The notes beneath the pieces are model-generated. The model saw only the letters and a program-made list of their open reading frames with translations. It ran no database searches and was not told the origin of the DNA. A stretch of DNA of 64,000 bases from Sedimenticola hydrogenitrophicus. GTDB lineage: Bacteria; Pseudomonadota; Gammaproteobacteria; Chromatiales; Chromatiaceae. Each line of letters opens with the position of its first letter. Positions within the stretch are counted from its first letter, which is position 1. The stretch is taken from assembly GCF_025175675.1 (NCBI RefSeq), contig NZ_JANIOA010000011.1, positions 51,864 to 115,863 on the forward strand. The letters are read 5' to 3'. The position numbers and the translations under genes are program-made. Positions 16,357-29,085 of the stretch are shown in pieces.

Positions 16357-18765
16357 GTGAACTGGCTCATGAAGTGGTTAATGAAACCGATCAAGTTTTT
16401 CCTCTGGCTCAGCCTGCTGGGATCCCTAACCGGCGCCCTCACCGTCGCCTCACTCTACTATTATCTCGAGCCGTCACTCCCCTCGATCGAGAGCCTGAAA
16501 AGCGTCCAGTTCCAGGTCCCGTTACGGGTCTACTCGAGTGACGACAAACTCATCGCCGAGTTTGGTGAAATGCGCCGCATCCCTCTGGCCTATGAAGATA
16601 TCCCAGAACCCCTGGTCCAGGCCTTTCTGGCCGCCGAGGATGACCGCTTTTTCGAACACCCGGGTGTCGATTACAAGGGCTTGCTGCGCGCCGCCTATCA
16701 ATTGTTGCTTACCGGCGAACGCCGACAGGGCGGCAGCACCATCACCATGCAGGTGGCACGAAATTTCTTCCTTTCCAGCGAAAAGACCTTCACGCGGAAA
16801 TTCAGCGAGATCTTCCTATCCCTCCGGATTGAACACGAACTGACAAAACAGGAGATCCTGGAGTTATACCTTAATAAGATATACATGGGAAATCGCGCCT
16901 ATGGGATCGGCGCGGCCGCCATGGTCTACTACGGCAAGACCGTAGACCAGTTGACCCTGCCCCAGATTGCCATGATCGCGGGCCTGCCAAAGGCGCCCTC
17001 TCGCTACAACCCGCTGGCCGACCCGGAACGATCAATGCAACGGCGGGACTACGTCCTCGGCCGGATGGCCAAGCTGGGCTTTATCAATGATGCGGAAGAG
17101 CAAGCGGCGCGGTCCGTACCCCTCACCGCAGCACTGAATACCGCACAGACCGAGGCCGATGCCCCTTACGTCGCCGAAATGGTCAGGGCGGAAATGTATG
17201 AGCGTTATGGCAACGACGCCTACACCACCGGCTTTAATGTCTATACCACCATCGACAGCAAGCTGCAGTCCGTCGCCAACCAGGCGCTCAGAAACAACTT
17301 GCAATCCTACGACCTGCGGCATGGCTACCGCGGTGCGGAGCAGCACCTCAAGCTCTCGGGTGACGAAGATAACCAGACGCTGGATGCACTGCTCAGGGAT
17401 CACCGGATAGTTGGCGACCTGCTGCCCGCCATTGTCACCGGCATCGAGGAGAAAAGCGCCACACTCTATCTCGGCGAAGGCCGCCATGAAACCCTGTCGT
17501 GGACCGGGATGGAGTGGGCTCAACCATTCAAGAGCGAAAATCAGGTTGGCGCAAAACCCCGGCAGGCCAGCGAGATCATTCAACCGGGGGACCTGGTCAG
17601 GGTGCTGATCAGCGAGAGCGATACCGGGCCTACCCTCCGACTGGCCCAAATCCCCGCCGCCGAGAGCGCTTTTGTCGCACTGCATCCGGACAATGGCGCC
17701 ATCATGGCCCTGACCGGTGGCTATGATTTCTATCACAGCAAGTTCAACCGGGTTACCCAGGCCATGCGCCAGCCGGGATCCGGCTTCAAGGCCATCATCT
17801 ACTCCGCCGCGCTCGAGGCCGGCTTCACTGCCGCCAGCCTGATCAATGACGCCCCCGTGGTGTTCGATGATCCCAGCCTGGAAGGGGCCTGGCGCCCGGA
17901 GAACTACAGCGGAAAGTTCTTTGGTCCCACCCGACTGAGATATGCGTTGACCAAGTCGCGCAACCTCGTCTCCATCCGCCTGCTGCGTTCCATGGGGATT
18001 GCCCACGCCCTGGAACACGCCAAAAAGTTCGGCTTCAATCCCGCCGATCTGCCGCACAACCTTTCGTTGGCCCTGGGCAGCGGCGCGGTGACCCCGCTGC
18101 AGATGGCCTCGGCCTATGCCATTCTGGCCAATGGCGGGTTCAGGATCGAACCCCACTTTATCAGCCGCATCGAAAGGGACAATGGTGAACTGATCTTTCA
18201 GGCCACCCCGGTCACGGTCTGCGACGGCTGCACAGCGGCGGGCAACAGTGAACTGCCGCTCGCGGAACGGGTGATTTCACCGCAGAATCACTACCTGATG
18301 AATTCCATGATGCGCGATGTCATCACCCAGGGCACCGCCGTCAAGGCACGCAGCCTGGGGCGCTCGGACCTTGCCGGCAAGACCGGCACCACCAACGACC
18401 AGCGGGACGCCTGGTTCAACGGCTTCAACCGCTCTCTGGTGGCGATCACCTGGGTCGGCTTTGATTCGTCCAAACCGCTCGGCAGGGGCGAAGTCGGCGG
18501 CCGCGCCGCACTACCGGCCTGGATCGAGTTCATGGGAAGCGCATTAAAGGATATCCCCGAACAGCCGCTTAAGGTACCAACCGGTATGGTCACCGTACGC
18601 ATCGACCCACAAACGGGAAAGCGTGCCAGCGTCGATCAGTCCGACGCCATATTTGAAGTTTTTCGTAGCGAAAACGCCCCCAAGGAACTCTCCGGTGAGG
18701 CGGTGTCGAACAGCGAGCCGGGACAGCCCATCAAGGGAACTGCCAGTGAGGAGCAGATATTCTGA
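16357..18765 (+). CDS. mrcA: penicillin-binding protein 1A (bifunctional transglycosylase/transpeptidase)
   Basis: 802 aa. GT51 motifs (EDxxFxxHxG, RQGGSTITMQ) and transpeptidase motifs SGFK, SRN, KTGT. Confidence 0.9.
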   Translation: MNWLMKWLMKPIKFFLWLSLLGSLTGALTVASLYYYLEPSLPSIESLKSVQFQVPLRVYSSDDKLIAEFGEMRRIPLAYEDIPEPLVQAFLAAEDDRFFEHPGVDYKGLLRAAYQLLLTGERRQGGSTITMQVARNFFLSSEKTFTRKFSEIFLSLRIEHELTKQEILELYLNKIYMGNRAYGIGAAAMVYYGKTVDQLTLPQIAMIAGLPKAPSRYNPLADPERSMQRRDYVLGRMAKLGFINDAEEQAARSVPLTAALNTAQTEADAPYVAEMVRAEMYERYGNDAYTTGFNVYTTIDSKLQSVANQALRNNLQSYDLRHGYRGAEQHLKLSGDEDNQTLDALLRDHRIVGDLLPAIVTGIEEKSATLYLGEGRHETLSWTGMEWAQPFKSENQVGAKPRQASEIIQPGDLVRVLISESDTGPTLRLAQIPAAESAFVALHPDNGAIMALTGGYDFYHSKFNRVTQAMRQPGSGFKAIIYSAALEAGFTAASLINDAPVVFDDPSLEGAWRPENYSGKFFGPTRLRYALTKSRNLVSIRLLRSMGIAHALEHAKKFGFNPADLPHNLSLALGSGAVTPLQMASAYAILANGGFRIEPHFISRIERDNGELIFQATPVTVCDGCTAAGNSELPLAERVISPQNHYLMNSMMRDVITQGTAVKARSLGRSDLAGKTGTTNDQRDAWFNGFNRSLVAITWVGFDSSKPLGRGEVGGRAALPAWIEFMGSALKDIPEQPLKVPTGMVTVRIDPQTGKRASVDQSDAIFEVFRSENAPKELSGEAVSNSEPGQPIKGTASEEQIF

Positions 18766-18931
18766 GGGCCTGGAAAGCAATAACAGTTCTAGCTTGTGCC
18801 GGATTTTCGTTAGCCTTCAAGGCACGCAGAACGCCCGAAGCAAGCCTTGGCGCAACACCGAGGGTGGACGAAAAGACCTGCAAGATGTGATGGTTGATTA
18901 TTGACCAGCCCTAACCAGGAGCATCATTATC

Positions 18932-19537
18932 ATGCCCCGTCGTTCAGCGCCCCGCGCGCTCAGACATCAGATCGCCATTGAGGCTGCGCAATTGATCGCC
19001 GAACAGAGTGATCTCAGCTATGCCCAGGCTCGCACTAAAGCCGCCAGGCGACTGCGCTGCACGGACCAGCGCCAGCTACCGGAAAACCGCGAAATCGAGC
19101 TGGCCCTGAAAAACCACCTGGAACTGTTTCAGTCGGCGACCCAGGGCGCGCAGCTGCGCCAGCTCAGGGAGAGCGCGGTGGCGGCCATGCGACTGTTCAG
19201 CCAATACCATCCGCGCCTTATCGGCCCGGTACTGAGCGGGATTGCCAACCAGCACACCCCCATCAGCCTGGTGCTCTTCTCGGACACCGTGGAGGCCGTG
19301 GCCATCTCATTGATGGACTGGAAGATCCCCTTTCGACAGCGTGAGCTGCCGTTGGATTACAGCAATAAAAAGCGCGCCGCACGGACGTTATTCAGTTTCC
19401 ATGCCGGAGAGCACCGGCTGGAACTGCTGGTCCTTCCGGAGTCGGAGCGGCACAACATGCCGCTGGACCCGACAGAAGGACGCCCCCAGAAGGGGGCGTC
19501 GCTGAACAAACTGCTAACGATGCTCGAGTCAGACTAA
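18932..19537 (+). CDS. hypothetical protein (201 aa), function unknown
   Basis: Clean ORF in a GC-consistent frame. Its stop overlaps the gltA stop region. No motif recognised. Confidence 0.45.
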   Translation: MPRRSAPRALRHQIAIEAAQLIAEQSDLSYAQARTKAARRLRCTDQRQLPENREIELALKNHLELFQSATQGAQLRQLRESAVAAMRLFSQYHPRLIGPVLSGIANQHTPISLVLFSDTVEAVAISLMDWKIPFRQRELPLDYSNKKRAARTLFSFHAGEHRLELLVLPESERHNMPLDPTEGRPQKGASLNKLLTMLESD

Positions 19538-20850
19538 CGCTTGCCCACCGGGACGTAATCCCGCATCGGCGCGCCGGTGTAGAGCTGGCGTGGGCGCCCG
19601 ATTCTCTGCTCGGGATCGTCCATCATCTCCATCCAGTGCGCCACCCAGCCGACCGTCCTGGCAACCGCAAACATCACGGTGAACATGCTGGTCGGGATAC
19701 CCAGGGCCTGATAGATGATACCGGAGTAGAAGTCGACGTTGGGATACAGTTTGCGCTCGACGAAGTACTCATCCTCCAATGCCACCTGCTCAAGGCGCAG
19801 GGCCAGCTCGAACAGAGGATTATTGTTGTCCTTCATGTTCTCGAGCACTTCGTGACACACTTCGCGGATCAGTGTGGCGCGCGGGTCGAAGTTCTTGTAG
19901 ACCCGGTGACCGAAGCCCATCAAACGGAACGGGTCGTTCTTATCCTTGGCTTTGGCGATATACTTGTCGATCTGGGAAACATCCCCGATCTCTTCCAGCA
20001 TATCCAGAACCGCCTCGTTGGCGCCGCCGTGCGAGGGGCCCCACAAGGAAGCGATACCGGCGGCGATACAGGCGAACGGATTGGCCTGCGAACTGCCGGA
20101 GAGACGAACGGTTGAAGTACTGGCGTTCTGCTCATGATCGGCATGCAGGATGAACAGCATATTGATCGCCTTCACCGCGACGGGATCCGGGGTGTAATCC
20201 TCGCAGGGATTACTGAACATCATGCGCAGGAAGTTTTCGCAATAATCCAGATCATTTCGCGGATAGATGAAGGGTTCGCCAACATTGTGCTTATAGCTGG
20301 CCGCCGCGATAGTCGGCATCTTGGCAATCAGCCGGTGGGCGGAAATCTCACGATGCCGCGGATTATTGATATCCAGCGAGTCGTGATAGAAGGCGGAGAG
20401 CGATCCAACCACACCGACCATGATACCCATGGGGTGGGCGTCATACTGGAAACCATCGAAGAAGTTCTTCAGGGTCTCCTTGATCATGGTGTGGTGGCGG
20501 ATGGTGTTATCAAATGAGGCCAGCTCCTCGGCCTTCGGTAGCTCGCCATACATCAGCAGATAGGCGACTTCGAGAAAGCTGGCCTCTTTGGCCAACTGCT
20601 CGATGGGGTAGCCGCGATAACGCAGGATCCCCTTGTCTCCATCAATGTAGGTAATCGCGCTACGGCAGCTTGCCGTGGCCACGAAACCGGGATCGTAGGT
20701 AAACATCCCGGTGTTCTTGTAGAGGGTCGAGATGTCGGCGACTTCAGGTCCTTCAGTGCCCTTATACACAGGCAGCTCTACAGAGGTTCCATCCACTTCG
20801 TTGGTTAAGGTTACTTTTTTATCTGACATAAGTTCACTTTCTCCTGCCAT
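19534..20850 (-). CDS. gltA: citrate synthase (type II)
   Basis: 438 aa, hexameric-type citrate synthase sequence (GYPIEQLA.., [14 protein letters not shown]). Confidence 0.95.
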   Translation of the reverse strand: MAGESELMSDKKVTLTNEVDGTSVELPVYKGTEGPEVADISTLYKNTGMFTYDPGFVATASCRSAITYIDGDKGILRYRGYPIEQLAKEASFLEVAYLLMYGELPKAEELASFDNTIRHHTMIKETLKNFFDGFQYDAHPMGIMVGVVGSLSAFYHDSLDINNPRHREISAHRLIAKMPTIAAASYKHNVGEPFIYPRNDLDYCENFLRMMFSNPCEDYTPDPVAVKAINMLFILHADHEQNASTSTVRLSGSSQANPFACIAAGIASLWGPSHGGANEAVLDMLEEIGDVSQIDKYIAKAKDKNDPFRLMGFGHRVYKNFDPRATLIREVCHEVLENMKDNNNPLFELALRLEQVALEDEYFVERKLYPNVDFYSGIIYQALGIPTSMFTVMFAVARTVGWVAHWMEMMDDPEQRIGRPRQLYTGAPMRDYVPVGKR

Positions 20851-21336
20851 AAACTGGCTAACTGGCCTTTTATATAACAGTCGGCCGATCAGAACAACCC
20901 CTCAGACACTTAATAGGACAACCATCCAAACATAGTTTTCCTTGTACTGCCTGACTTTTCGGCAAATTATTAAATAAAATCGGTTGCGGCCACGTTGAGA
21001 CGCGGAGTCTTTCGGGATTTTGCAATCGCCGCAATGCTACCAAAACCTTATTTGGACGCAATGACTGCATTTTTTAATACAGCACATTGAAATAATGAAT
21101 ACTGCCGAATACCAGAAGGCGAAAGGGTGTCGATTATGCGTTGTGCAAAGACGCGTTAAGCATAGTCCATCGGTTTGAAAACGCCCGGATTCGAGGCCGG
21201 TGCAATCAACGCCGGGTGCGCCCGAGCCAGGACCGCCTGCGGTTGCGGGGCCACTAGCGCCTCTCAAGCGGGCGGCAAAGCCGCTCCCGGCCATCATCCC
21301 TGGCCTCCACGGCATATTTCCATCCCTGAATAAAAT

Positions 21337-21360
21337 AAAAGGCACCGAAGTGCCTTTTAT
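21337..21360. terminator. bidirectional hairpin terminator downstream of rpmE
   Basis: aaaaggcaccgaagtgcctttt flanked by A/T runs. Confidence 0.5.
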
Positions 21361-21383
21361 CTGTTTTCTGCTTTACGCTACGC

Positions 21384-21587
21384 TCAACCGCGCGAATAAC
21401 GCTTGCGGAACTTGTCTACACGGCCAGCGGTATCCATGATCTTCTGTTTTCCGGTGAAGAACGGATGGCAGGCTGAGCAGACTTCCACGTGCAGATCCTC
21501 GCACAGCGCTGAACGGGTGGTAAACTCGTTCCCGCAGCTGCAAGCCACTTTAATCTCTTCGTATTTGGGGTGGATATCCGCTTTCAT
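21384..21587 (-). CDS. rpmE: 50S ribosomal protein L31
   Basis: 67 aa. [22 protein letters not shown] with CxxC..CxxC zinc-ribbon motifs. Confidence 0.9.
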   Translation of the reverse strand: MKADIHPKYEEIKVACSCGNEFTTRSALCEDLHVEVCSACHPFFTGKQKIMDTAGRVDKFRKRYSRG

Positions 21588-21690
21588 GACAGCCTCTGAA
21601 TAAACTCAAACTACCCGCAAAATTAGGACGGGGTGAACGGGGCATTATAGCCAACTCCACCATTCCCCGCAATACTTACCCGGTGATTGC

Positions 21691-22092
21691 CTAGTTTCGC
21701 CTGCCGCGCCCGGGAAGCAGCGGGATGACCTTTGCCGACTTTCCGCTGCCCGCCCGGGCGGAGTACGCGCCGCTGCCGAGATCGTGGAGGCGGTCGACCA
21801 GCCCGCCCTCACCCATCATCTGCTCCCACATCATCCTGGATATACGGATGCAGGCCCCCATCGGGCTACCGGAGCGTCGTCGCTCCTGGTCGATACGCCA
21901 CTGCAGCCGGCGCAGCCTATCCTGTTGCGCCTTGGGTGCCTGCCTGATGACTTCATCGATAGTCGAGCGGCGCAACGCCTCGAAGGCCAGCAGGTCGGTA
22001 CTGGCCAGCTTCAGCCAACAATCAAAATCCAGCTTGCCTCCCGTCCGCTCCATTGACCATCCCTCCTTACCAACGCCTGCCGCTCCCTCCAC
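21691..22092 (-). CDS. hypothetical protein, DUF3135-like (the start may be the internal Met MERTGGKLDFD)
   Basis: Small basic protein. My recollection of DUF3135 (FDFDxW...RR) is weak. Confidence 0.4.
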   Translation of the reverse strand: MEGAAGVGKEGWSMERTGGKLDFDCWLKLASTDLLAFEALRRSTIDEVIRQAPKAQQDRLRRLQWRIDQERRRSGSPMGACIRISRMMWEQMMGEGGLVDRLHDLGSGAYSARAGSGKSAKVIPLLPGRGRRN

Positions 22093-22236
22093 CGCTTGGC
22101 GGCCTCACAGTGAAATCCTAGCACAGAGCACGACCGGCTGCCCTGAGTCGCAATACCACCCGGGACCTAAGAGGCTGATAGTTATAATATTGGTCGTACT
22201 TTAGGAGACTGTCGGCACACTGACGCGCCACGCACC

Positions 22237-22373
22237 CGCGCAAGAATAAGTTCCTGTATTCGGTCGCCCCTGGACCCCGCTGGCGGCGTTACGCTATTTG
22301 GCAAGGGAACAAAGCGCGCCTTGCCAGCGGGGTCCAGGAACGCCCTCGGTACCACGGAATTATCCTTGCGCGG
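22237..22373. repeat. palindromic MITE-like element, family D (CGCGCAAGAATAAGTTCC...GGAATTATyCTTGCGCG), long variant
   Basis: Terminal inverted repeats are visible. A second, shorter copy lies at 32262-32336. Confidence 0.7.
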
Positions 22374-22380
22374 GTCCAAA

Positions 22381-23544
22381 TCAAAGCAGTCCGCCCACCA
22401 CGTCGTCCAAAAACAGCCAGGCGGCTTCCGATGTTCTGACAGTGCCGGCCTCGTGGAGCAACATGCCCCGTTCCAGCAGATTTGCCAGCCTGCCCCACAA
22501 ATACGCCTCGTCCAGCCCCGTGCGCTCGGCAAACAGCGCCACCGCGAAGCCCTGCTTCAGTCTCAGCGTGTTCATCATGAATTCAATAAAAAGGTCCGCG
22601 CCATCGAGTCGGCTCTCTCCGGAGAGCGCCCCCCTGCGGCCGGCGCCGCGCAGATACTCCTCCGGACGCTTCACCCGCCATCTGCGCCGCACCTGCCAGG
22701 GGGGGGCGGAGGTGAGCTTGCCGTGCGCCCCCGCTCCAATACCGATGTAGTCGCCGAACTGCCAGTAATTGAGATTGTGCCGACAGACTCGGCCGTTGTG
22801 CGCGTAGGCCGACACCTCATACTGCCGATAGCCGGCCGCCGCCAGCAACCGCCGCCCCTCGGCCTGGAGATCGGCCGCCGCGTCCTCGCCCGGCATGGCC
22901 CGGGGCGACTGGCGATGGAAGGGGGTATTCGGCTCCAGCGTCAATTGATAATAGGAGATGTGATCGGGAGCGGCGTCGATGGCCAGTCGGACATCCTCGC
23001 CGGCCATCGCCAGGGTCTGCCCCGGCAGGCCGCACATCAGGTCCAGATTGACCGACTCAAACCGGGCCGAGCGGGCACTGTCGATCGCCGCATGGACCTC
23101 CTCGGGGCCATGGATCCTGCCCAGCCGGACAAGGGAGTCTTGCTGAAAACTCTGCACTCCGATGGAGAGGCGGTTCACCCCCGCTTGCCGATAGCCGAGA
23201 TAACGTCCGTGCTCGAGGGTGCCGGGATTCGCCTCCAGGGTCACCTCCATACCCGCGACACAGGAGATCCGCTCGCGCACGCCCCGCAGCAGCCGCTGGA
23301 TCGACTCGGCGGAAAACAGGCTCGGGGTGCCGCCGCCGATAAAAATGCTCTGCAACTCACGCATCCGGGCCCAGCCGCCGGCCAGCTCAAAATCGAGATC
23401 CGCCAGCAGGGCCTCGATATAGGCCGCCTCCGGGATGCCGGTCCGCGCCTCGTGGGAATTGAAGTCGCAATAGGGGCATTTGCGCACACACCAGGGCAGG
23501 TGGATATAGAGCCCCAGCGGCGGCAACAATGGCATTTGACTCAT
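22381..23544 (-). CDS. hemW: radical SAM heme chaperone HemW (coproporphyrinogen III oxidase-like)
   Basis: CxxxCxxC ([10 protein letters not shown]) radical-SAM motif and the HemN/HemW family C-terminus. Confidence 0.85.
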   Translation of the reverse strand: MSQMPLLPPLGLYIHLPWCVRKCPYCDFNSHEARTGIPEAAYIEALLADLDFELAGGWARMRELQSIFIGGGTPSLFSAESIQRLLRGVRERISCVAGMEVTLEANPGTLEHGRYLGYRQAGVNRLSIGVQSFQQDSLVRLGRIHGPEEVHAAIDSARSARFESVNLDLMCGLPGQTLAMAGEDVRLAIDAAPDHISYYQLTLEPNTPFHRQSPRAMPGEDAAADLQAEGRRLLAAAGYRQYEVSAYAHNGRVCRHNLNYWQFGDYIGIGAGAHGKLTSAPPWQVRRRWRVKRPEEYLRGAGRRGALSGESRLDGADLFIEFMMNTLRLKQGFAVALFAERTGLDEAYLWGRLANLLERGMLLHEAGTVRTSEAAWLFLDDVVGGLL

Positions 23545-23673
23545 CTATCCTTCCTCATTCCATAACCATCAAATCCGGTTTTCGCCCCATCAACATTAAC
23601 CGCTTTGCAACACTGCGAACAGGGGGTAGCATATTGGCCCATTTGTCACTAATCACTCGCATGAGGATAAAAA

Positions 23674-24863
23674 TGTTTGAACAGCTCAGTGCCGCGCCGG
23701 CCGATCCCATCCTTGGTTTGACGGAAGCCTTCAAGAAGGATACCCGCACCGGCAAAATCAATCTCGGCGTCGGAATCTACAAGGATGAGGCGGGCACCAC
23801 CCCTATCCTCTCATGCGTCAAAAAGGCTGAAGAGCAGCTGCTGACCCAGGAGACCAGCAAGAGCTATCTCAGCATTGAAGGCACCTCCGAGTACGGCCTG
23901 GGCGTGCAACGCCTGCTGTTCGGCAATGACAGTGACATCATCAGCAGCGGTCGCGCGCGTTCGGCCCATGCCCCCGGCGGCACCGGCGCCCTGCGCATCT
24001 GCGCCGAATTTATCGCCCGGCACATGCCCAGCCGGCGCATCTGGGTGAGCAACCCCACCTGGGCCAACCACGCCAACATCTTCCAGGCGGCCGGCCTGGA
24101 AGTGATCACTTACGACTACTACGACGCCGAAGCCAAGGACAAGGACTTCGCCGCCATGAAAAATTCCCTGCAGCAGGTGGCTGCCGGTGATACCGTGCTG
24201 CTTCACGGCTGCTGCCACAACCCGACCGGTATCGACCCCACCACCGCGGAGTGGGAGGAGCTGGCGAAGCTGTCGGCGGCCGGCGGCTGGCTACCCCTGT
24301 TCGACTTCGCCTACCAGGGTTTCGGCAAGGGCATTCAGGACGATGCGACCGGCCTGCGCATCTTCACCGAACACAATCCCGAGCTGCTGGTGGCCAGCTC
24401 CTTCTCGAAGAATTTCGGGCTCTATAACGAGCGCGTCGGCGGTATCACCCTGCTGGCGAAAGAGGCCGATCAGGCGGATAACGCCTTCAGCCAGATCAAG
24501 TCGATCATTCGTGCCAACTACTCCAATCCGCCATTCCACGGCAGCGGTATCGTCACCACCATCCTCAACAATGCCTCCCTCTATGCCGAGTGGGAGAAAG
24601 AGGTGGCCGAGATGCGGGACCGCATCCAGGCGATGCGCGATCTGTTCGTGGCCACCCTGAAAGAGAAGGGGGTAAGCCAGGACTTCAGCTTTATCAGCCG
24701 TCAGTGCGGCATGTTCTCCTTCTCCGGACTGAACCCGGACCAGGTGAAACGCCTGAAAGAGGAGTTCGGCATCTATATCGTCGGCTCGGGCAGGATCAGC
24801 GTCGCCGGCATGACCCGCAACAACATGGATGCCCTCTGCAGCGGTATCGCCCAGGTGCTGTAA
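23674..24863 (+). CDS. aromatic-amino-acid / aspartate aminotransferase (class I PLP)
   Basis: [17 protein letters not shown]-terminus and a [17 protein letters not shown]-lysine region typical of AspC/TyrB. The start was chosen at the ATG at 23674 rather than the longer ORF start. Confidence 0.9.
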
Positions 24864-25010
24864 ATCTGGGCTCGCCTGGAGGAGATAAGCGGCGGTCAGC
24901 GAACATGCTGGCCGCCCTTATTTATCGATGGCCGGGCTGGGTTGTACCGTTTCGATCAGGCGGTACCTGGCGGCACACGCCATCCATCCAAGACCGCTCC
25001 CGCCATCCCC

Positions 25011-25227
25011 GGACGTAACTACTCACGGAGTGATTGGCCTGCCTTGTTGGCCGATCTTGGTGGCGCCTCGAATCCGGCCCCGTTTTCAGATTCAAGCCTG
25101 CCCTTGTTTGAGCGAAGCGAGTTTGGGCAGGCGCTGAAAATGGGGCCGAATTCGAGGAGGCAAGCCATCGTGTGAGGCCGGCAAGGCAGGTCAATCACTT
25201 CCAGACCGGGTGAGTAGTTACCCCCGG
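25011..25227. mobile_element. approximately 215-bp MITE-like element, family E, with approximately 35-bp terminal inverted repeats (GGACGTAACTACTCACGGAGTGATTGGCCTGCCTTG) and nested internal hairpins
   Basis: The TIR pair lies at 25011-25047 and 25181-25227. A solo TIR copy lies at 51822-51857. There is no coding capacity. Confidence 0.65.
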
Positions 25228-25268
25228 ACAAAAAAGCGCCCGGCTCAAACCGGGCGCTTTTTTATCGG
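25228..25268. terminator. bidirectional rho-independent terminator downstream of mdh
   Basis: aaaaaagcgcccggctcaaaccgggcgctttttt. Confidence 0.6.
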
Positions 25269-25282
25269 CTTGGCGTCCGCTA

Positions 25283-26215
25283 TCAGGTGTTGGCAAACTC
25301 CACGCCTTTGGCAATGTTGCTCTCCAGGGTCGGCAGCATCTCGTCGAACAGCTGCTGCTCGTAGGCACTCAGGGTACCGGCCGGCAGGATCTCCTCCACG
25401 CCGTTCTTGCCCAGGCGCACCTGCAGGGAGAGGAAGCGGGTCGGCTGATTCTCCACCTCGACATAGGTACAGACCACCGATTCTTCGCCACCCAGTGCTT
25501 TCAGCAGGGTCAGGGCGAAACGGGCGCCGGCATCGGCCATGGAGAGGGTGGCGGAGCCGCCGCCCGCCTTGGCCTCGACCACCTCGGTCCCCGCATTTTG
25601 AATGCGCGGGGTCAGGCTCTCGATCTCCTCCTGGGAGAATTCGATACCGATCTGGGAGAGCAGGGGCAGGATGGTATTGCCACTGTGACCCCCGATCACC
25701 GGGATATTCAGGCTGGTGGGATCCAGGCCCTTCAGCTCCGCCACGAAAGTGTTGGAGCGGATGATATCCAGGGTGGTGATACCGAACAGCTTGCGCTTGT
25801 CATAAACACCGGCCTTCTTCAGCACCTCGGCCGCGATCGCCACGGTGGAGTTGACCGGGTTGGTGATGATGCCGTAGCAGGCATTGGGACAGACCTTGGC
25901 GCCGGTCTCCACCAGCGCCTTGACAATACCGGCATTGACATTGAATAGGTCATCGCGGGACATGCCCGGTTTACGCGGCACACCGGCCGGAATGATCACG
26001 ATATCGCTATCCGCCATCGCCGCTTCCAACTGATCGGCACCGTAACCGGAGACCTTGACCGGAGTTGGAATGTGGCTCAGATCCGCCGCAACGCCTGGTA
26101 CCATCGGATTAACATCGTACAATGCCAGCTCGGAACCAGCGGGCATGGCATTTTTGAGTAGGAGGGCCAGTGGCTGACCGATGCCGCCGGCAGCGCCAAG
26201 AACGGATACCTTCAT
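25283..26215 (-). CDS. mdh: malate dehydrogenase
   Basis: [21 protein letters not shown]-terminus; 310 aa. Confidence 0.9.
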   Translation of the reverse strand: MKVSVLGAAGGIGQPLALLLKNAMPAGSELALYDVNPMVPGVAADLSHIPTPVKVSGYGADQLEAAMADSDIVIIPAGVPRKPGMSRDDLFNVNAGIVKALVETGAKVCPNACYGIITNPVNSTVAIAAEVLKKAGVYDKRKLFGITTLDIIRSNTFVAELKGLDPTSLNIPVIGGHSGNTILPLLSQIGIEFSQEEIESLTPRIQNAGTEVVEAKAGGGSATLSMADAGARFALTLLKALGGEESVVCTYVEVENQPTRFLSLQVRLGKNGVEEILPAGTLSAYEQQLFDEMLPTLESNIAKGVEFANT

Positions 26216-26513
26216 GAGATTAATCCTCTGCAGTAGTGTTGGGAGTTAACTTAGAATAGCTGAAAATCGGACGAAATCTTACGGCATTTCCCGGCAAGAA
26301 TCCATGTTCACGGCAAAAAACCGCAAAATAAATAGGACATTCATACTAATTTTTCATTAAATTCTGGGAATAGCCGAAAAATAGCCCTAAACTTGCAAAA
26401 TCCAGGTTACTATTTGTTGGCATTGGTATAATCTATTCGATAATTCTATAGTCATTATTTGTTTTTTTAATCTAAGCTGAATCACCAACCCCCGTATATA
26501 TAAGGAATAGGAC

Positions 26514-28802
26514 ATGTCAGACGAGCTCAGCGAGGCGTCACTTCAGTATCACCGTTACCCAAAACCCGGGAAGCTGGAGATCGTTGCCACCAAGAAAATG
26601 GTCAACCAACGTGATCTCGCACTCGCCTACTCACCCGGCGTTGCCGCCGCCTGTGATGAGATCGTGCGTGATCCCAATGAGGTGGCCAATCTCACCGCCC
26701 GCGGCAATCTGGTGGGCGTTATCACCAATGGCACGGCCGTACTCGGTCTTGGCGCCATCGGTCCGCTGGCGGCCAAACCGGTCATGGAGGGGAAGGCGGT
26801 ACTATTCAAGAAGTTTGCCGGGGTCGACGTTTTCGATATCGAACTCGACCTGACGGACCCGGAAAAGATCATCGAAACCGTCGCCGCCATGGAGCCGACT
26901 TTCGGCGGCATCAATCTGGAGGATATCAAGGCCCCGGAGTGCTTTGAGATTGAGCGTCGACTGCGCGAGCGGATGAACATCCCGGTGTTCCATGACGATC
27001 AGCACGGCACCGCCATCGTGGTCGCCGCCGCCGTGCGTAACGGACTGCGGGTCGCCGGGAAAAAGATCGAGGAGGTACGGCTGGTCTGTACCGGCGCCGG
27101 CGCCGCGGCCCTGGCCTGCCTCAACCTACTGGTCAGCATGGGACTGAAAAAGGAGAACATCCGGGTGGTCGACCGGGATGGGGTGGTCTACAAGGGTCGC
27201 AAGGCGGACATGGACCCCTACAAGGAGGTGTATGCGGTCGAGACCGACCAACGCACCCTGGATGATGTCATCGAAGGCGCCGATATCTTCATGGGCCTCT
27301 CGGGACCCGGCGTGTTGAAGCAGCATCAGGTGCAGAAGATGGCCAGTCCGCCCTTCATTCTGGCCCTGGCCAACCCGACCCCGGAGATCACCCCGGAAGA
27401 GGTGCTCGCGGTGGCCCCGGACGCCATCATCGCCACCGGTCGTTCCGATTACCCGAATCAGGTCAACAATGTCCTCTGTTTCCCGTTCCTGTTCCGCGGC
27501 GCCCTGGATGTGGGCGCCACCACCATCAATGAGCAGATGAAAATCGCCTGTGTCGAGGCCCTCTCCGACCTGGCGATGAAGGAGGCCTCCGACCAGGTGC
27601 AAGCCGCTTACGGCGGCCAGGCGCTGCAGTTCGGTCGTGAGTACCTGATCCCCCGACCGTTCGATCCGCGGCTGATGACCGACCTGCCGCCGAAGATCGC
27701 CCAGGCCGCCATGGACTCCGGCGTCGCCACGCGGCCGATCCAGGACTTCCATGAATACCGCAGAACCCTGCGCGAGTTTGTGTTCCGTTCCGGTCTGGTG
27801 ATGAAGCCGGTATTCGAACGGGCTATCGCCAATCCCCAGCGCGTGGTGTTTGCCGAAGGTGAAGCGACCCGAGTATTGCAGGCGGTGCAGGTGCTGGTGG
27901 ATGACAGCATCTGCAAACCGATTCTGATCGGCCGCCCGGAGGTGATTGAGGAGAAGGCCAAGGGGCTCGGCCTGCGCTTCCAGCTGGGTCAGGATGTCAA
28001 AGTCGTGAATATGAATGACAACCCGAACTTCGAACGGGACTGGCAGCATTATCATGAGATCGAAGGACGCAACGGCGTCTCACCCGCCTTCGCGCGCGGC
28101 GTGGTCCGTACCCGCTCCACCGTGCTCGCCGCACTGCTGACCCGGCAGGGCGATGCGGACGCCATGATCTGCGGCGTGGAAGGCGCCTATATCCAGCACC
28201 TGAAATATATCCGCAGCGTTATCGGTATCCGCGAAGACACCACCGACTGCTCGGCCATCACCATGCTGATCCTGTCCAAGGGTACCTTCTTTCTCACCGA
28301 TACCCATGTGACCCCCGATCCCTCGCCGAAACAGATCGCCAAGAAGACGGCCATGGCGGCGGAGATTGTACGGCGCTTCGGCATGTCGCCCAAGGCGGCC
28401 CTGCTATCCCACTCCAACTTCGGCAGCCGGGATAACGCCTTCTCGCGCAAGATGAAGGAGGCACGGCGGATTCTGCACGAGCAATATCCCGGGGTGGTCG
28501 TGGAGGGCGAGATGCATGCCGACTCGGCGCTCTCCGATGAGATCCGTGACAAGGTATTCCCCCATTCACGTTTCAAGGGCGCGGCCAATCTGCTGGTGAT
28601 GCCCAACCTGGATTCGGCCAACATCGCCTACAACATGGTCAAGATGCTCGGCGAAGCTGTCCCGGTGGGCCCGATGCTGACCGGGCTGAAATATCCGGCC
28701 CATGCGGTCTCCGACTCGATCACGGTACGCGGCATTGTCAACATGAGTGCCGTGGCGGTGGTTGATGCGATTGACTGGCAGACGACCCACACCGCGGGCT
28801 GA
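26514..28802 (+). CDS. maeB: NADP-dependent malic enzyme (malic enzyme + phosphotransacetylase-like domain)
   Basis: 762 aa. An N-terminal malic enzyme/NAD-binding region and a C-terminal PTA-like domain. Confidence 0.9.
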   Translation: MSDELSEASLQYHRYPKPGKLEIVATKKMVNQRDLALAYSPGVAAACDEIVRDPNEVANLTARGNLVGVITNGTAVLGLGAIGPLAAKPVMEGKAVLFKKFAGVDVFDIELDLTDPEKIIETVAAMEPTFGGINLEDIKAPECFEIERRLRERMNIPVFHDDQHGTAIVVAAAVRNGLRVAGKKIEEVRLVCTGAGAAALACLNLLVSMGLKKENIRVVDRDGVVYKGRKADMDPYKEVYAVETDQRTLDDVIEGADIFMGLSGPGVLKQHQVQKMASPPFILALANPTPEITPEEVLAVAPDAIIATGRSDYPNQVNNVLCFPFLFRGALDVGATTINEQMKIACVEALSDLAMKEASDQVQAAYGGQALQFGREYLIPRPFDPRLMTDLPPKIAQAAMDSGVATRPIQDFHEYRRTLREFVFRSGLVMKPVFERAIANPQRVVFAEGEATRVLQAVQVLVDDSICKPILIGRPEVIEEKAKGLGLRFQLGQDVKVVNMNDNPNFERDWQHYHEIEGRNGVSPAFARGVVRTRSTVLAALLTRQGDADAMICGVEGAYIQHLKYIRSVIGIREDTTDCSAITMLILSKGTFFLTDTHVTPDPSPKQIAKKTAMAAEIVRRFGMSPKAALLSHSNFGSRDNAFSRKMKEARRILHEQYPGVVVEGEMHADSALSDEIRDKVFPHSRFKGAANLLVMPNLDSANIAYNMVKMLGEAVPVGPMLTGLKYPAHAVSDSITVRGIVNMSAVAVVDAIDWQTTHTAG

Positions 28803-28828
28803 ACCACAAAGCGGGATATCCGCATCAC

Positions 28829-28867
28829 TCAGGCGCGTACCGATCAACTCGGGCGCGCCTGATTTTT
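28829..28867 (+). terminator. rho-independent terminator after maeB
   Basis: caggcgcgtaccgatcaactcgggcgcgcctgatttttt. Confidence 0.55.
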
Positions 28868-29085
28868 TCTGTTCATGTAACGCAACCTCCGTCCGTTTTA
28901 TCAAACTGCGTAAATGTTGCGCCTGCAACTGTTTATTGGCCCGCATGATGATACCGTCGATGCAACCCCAATCTTCACGGGTGTTATAAATTCACGATTC
29001 TATTTGCACTCCCTGAGTTGATCGCATATATATAAGCTTCTACGCTGTTCAGATAATAACTGTAAACAAGACAGAGGAGATCCAG

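Noticed and set aside
22321-23565. 414-aa plus-strand ORF overlapping hemW
   Set aside because: Antisense to a well-supported radical-SAM gene. It has a Pro/Arg/Gly-rich composition typical of spurious GC-rich ORFs.
27126-28055. 309-aa minus-strand ORF inside maeB
   Set aside because: Antisense shadow ORF of maeB.
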